DNA of 63,530 nt, the filler included, from Octopus bimaculoides (Eukaryota): the NCBI RefSeq assembly GCF_001194135.2. It is 6 parts of 5 records of this genome, joined end to end, with 100 filler letters (N's around TTAATTAATTAA, not from the genome) between each part and the next. Parts side by side here need not be neighbours in the genome. Positions count along the whole stretch, not along the records: positions 36,247 to 61,670 come from NC_068985.1; positions 61,771 to 63,530 come from NC_069003.1; 4 more parts are not named here. The stretch is one strand, 5' to 3'. Of the stretch, positions 60,898-63,530 are shown piece by piece. The notes below the pieces were generated by a model that worked only from the letters and a program-made list of their open reading frames with translations, was not told the origin of the DNA and did not search any database. The translations under genes were made by a program, and so were the position numbers. How positions within the stretch are numbered: the stretch's first letter is position 1; every line of letters begins with the position of its first letter.

Positions 60898-61579
60898 ATA
60901 TATGTATATATTGATATATATACATATGTACATGTATATATGTAAATTACATGTATATATATATGCATATATAGACATATGTGCCTATACACATATATGT
61001 GTACACATAAATGTATATGTATATATATATATGTGTGTGCGTGTATTTATATACATGAATATACATGCGTATATGCATGTATATATTTATACCTATATAT
61101 ATATATATATACATGTATAGCAGCATACACGTATATAGATATATAGATACACACGCACACTCAAATATGTATATACATATATATCCATATATATTCATGT
61201 ATATACACACACACACACATATATATACTTTCATCCTCTTATTCTTTTACTTGTTTCAGTCATTTGACTCTGGTTACGGTGGACCAGCACCTTGAAGGGT
61301 TTTAGTCAAACAAATTGAACCCCAGGTCTATTTTTTTTTTTGAAAAGCCTGATATTTATTCTAAGTTACAGAGATTGGAACACACCAACACCAGTTGTCA
61401 AGTGATGATGGCAGGGACACATACACACATACATACATACATACATACATATGGCCACAGTCAAATGACTGAAACAAATAAAAAGAATAAAAAAAGAATA
61501 TATATATGTATATATATGTATATATATATGCAAATATGTATATGTATGTATATATATATATATGTATATACACATCTAT

Positions 61580-61617
<38 letters not shown>

Positions 61618-61670
61618 TCATATACATATATATACATATATGTATATACATACATACATATATATATATA

Positions 61671-61770
61671 NNNNNNNNNNNNNNNNNNNNNNNNNNNNNN
61701 NNNNNNNNNNNNNNTTAATTAATTAANNNNNNNNNNNNNNNNNNNNNNNNNNNNNNNNNNNNNNNNNNNN
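61671..61770. other. Artificial scaffold spacer N44-TTAATTAATTAA-N44
   Basis: Same 100-nt structure. Confidence 0.95.
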
Positions 61771-62080
61771 GTTGTGAGTGTTTATTGAGCGAAAACACCT
61801 AAAGTTCCACAAGGCTCCAGCAGGGGATGGTGGCGAACCTTGCTGTACTCTTTCACCACAACTTACTCTCACTCTTTCTTCCTGTTTCTGTTGTGCCTGT
61901 AATTCAAAGGGTCAGCCTTGTCATACTCTGTATCACGCTGAATCTTCTCGAGAACTACGTTAAGAGTACACGTGTCTGTGGAGTGCTCAGCCACTTGCAC
62001 GTTAATTTCACGAGCAAGCTGTTCCGTTGATCGGATCAACTGGAACCCTCGACGTCGTCGTAACCGACGGAGTGCCAACC
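61771..62080 (+). mobile_element. Dispersed repeat family C, second copy
   Basis: Collinear with 13980-14261. Confidence 0.8.
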
Positions 62081-63089
62081 AAACCATGATGCTCTTCTGT
62101 TTCTACGACAACACAATATCACAACAAAAGATAGCGTCACAACTTCACGTTCAGCCATTTCTTTTTTATAACACAGGGAGTTTTTGCTGTGGACAATGAA
62201 ATGACGCTAAATTGTCACGTGAATGATTTTATGGGGTTTGGCTTATTAGCACCACCACAGACATCACCAACATGATGACGACCACCACCACCAACAACAA
62301 CAAAGACAATATCACTATCACGACCACCAGCATTATCGCTACCACTTCAACCATCACCACCAATAACAACGACATATGAACAAGTCAACTGATACCATTT
62401 GTAATTCAACCAATCAGATACCTTCGATACTTCAACCAATGAAATAGTATAGAATTTTATTATTACTTTATCTTCGTAATGAATGTCGAAATCACTTGAA
62501 CACTAGAGTAAATATTTTGTGACATTTATTTTGCGCTTCTATTTTTTTTTTTATATGTTCAAATCCCACCAGGGCTTGATTTTGACTTCCTGGAAGTCGA
62601 CTAAATACCAGTGAAATATTGAAATCCGTTTAATCCACTTCACTCGTATATCCACCTTCATTAGATATCATCATTGTCTTTCCGTTGACATAAACATTAA
62701 AAATAAACCAGAGATAACATCTAAATGATGACACTTTAACGATCACTAACTAATCTCATTCGCCAAACAGAGAAGCCGAGAGATTTAGTGAAAAGCTTAA
62801 TGATCCTTGTTCTATCGTTTGCTGGCAACTAGCGTCAACTCAGAAAGTGTAAAACCTTGACAAATGACCACCTTGTGATCGAGGTGACAGCAATAACATT
62901 TAACAATTTGAAAGATTTCCTAAAATAATTTAAAATTTCTGGACTATTAACTTCTTGTTTCCAGTAACATTGTTCGGAACTAGCTTTTAATGTGTTTCTT
63001 CCTCAACAATCGACGTAAACATTGACAGAACGTAAAATAAACTTTTACGTTTCATAGAAAAATCAATGTCACTCCAGACATGTTATTGT

Positions 63090-63122
63090 CGTAGGTGTTA
63101 GGGAGTGTTGTTGTTGCTGTTG

Positions 63123-63156
<34 letters not shown>

Positions 63157-63252
63157 TGGTGGTTGTGGTGGTAGGGTTAGTATTGATGTCATCGCCGCCA
63201 CCATTGTTGTTGGCTACGGACATGTTGTTTTTGTTGTTATTGGCGGTAGTAA

Positions 63253-63303
<51 letters not shown>

Positions 63304-63530
63304 CAGCAGCAGCAGTAGTAGTAATATTAGTAGTAGCAGTAGTAGTTAGTATTGTTTCAGTTATTGATATTGGTGTCATCGTTGTCGCCGCCATGTTTGC
63401 TGTTGTGGTTGTTGTTGTTATTGTTGATGGTGGTAGTGGTGGTAGAAGTGGTGGGAATGGAGGTGTTGATGGTAGAGGTGTTGTTGCTGTTGTTGTTGTT
63501 GGCGGTGGTGGTGGTGGTGGTGGTGGTGGT
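63090..63530. repeat. (GTT)/(GGT)/(AGT) low-complexity tract
   Basis: Direct reading. Confidence 0.93.

Noticed and set aside
1-63530. Most ORF-track entries (poly-HT, CV, YI, ER, LS and X-rich ORFs)
   Set aside because: They are translations of microsatellites or N gaps, not genes.
1-63530. CRISPR arrays, rRNA, true tRNA genes, prokaryotic operons
   Set aside because: No repeat-spacer array or full cloverleaf seen; tRNA-like boxes occur only as SINE heads.

Overview
AT-rich, microsatellite-dense, gappy eukaryotic DNA. The repeat families and simple-repeat load suggest an octopus/cephalopod genome (inference, not checked). Five identical 100-nt spacers (N44-TTAATTAATTAA-N44) split the window into six joined pieces, so adjacency across them is unproven. 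No intact host gene is recognisable, and nearly all ORF-track entries are microsatellite or N translations. Supportable content is a transposon graveyard: an L1/Tx1 endonuclease fragment, an RTE-like LINE 3' end with three C2H2 fingers, an R4/Dong-like fragment, Penelope-like elements (PLE) with a GIY-YIG domain, a Tc1 with DD36E spacing, mariner fragments and MITEs, hAT, piggyBac-like and TA-flanked MITEs, and several SINE families. The main finds are: (1) a set of PLE-type hammerhead ribozyme motifs, two of which keep core and all three stems; (2) the DD36E (Incomer-like) transposase; (3) the triple zinc-finger LINE tail; (4) several long hairpin-forming insertions; (5) a CpG-depleted domain (~38-61 kb) that looks like a methylated gene body and holds weak candidate exons. 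I found no wholly new system that the sequence alone can establish.
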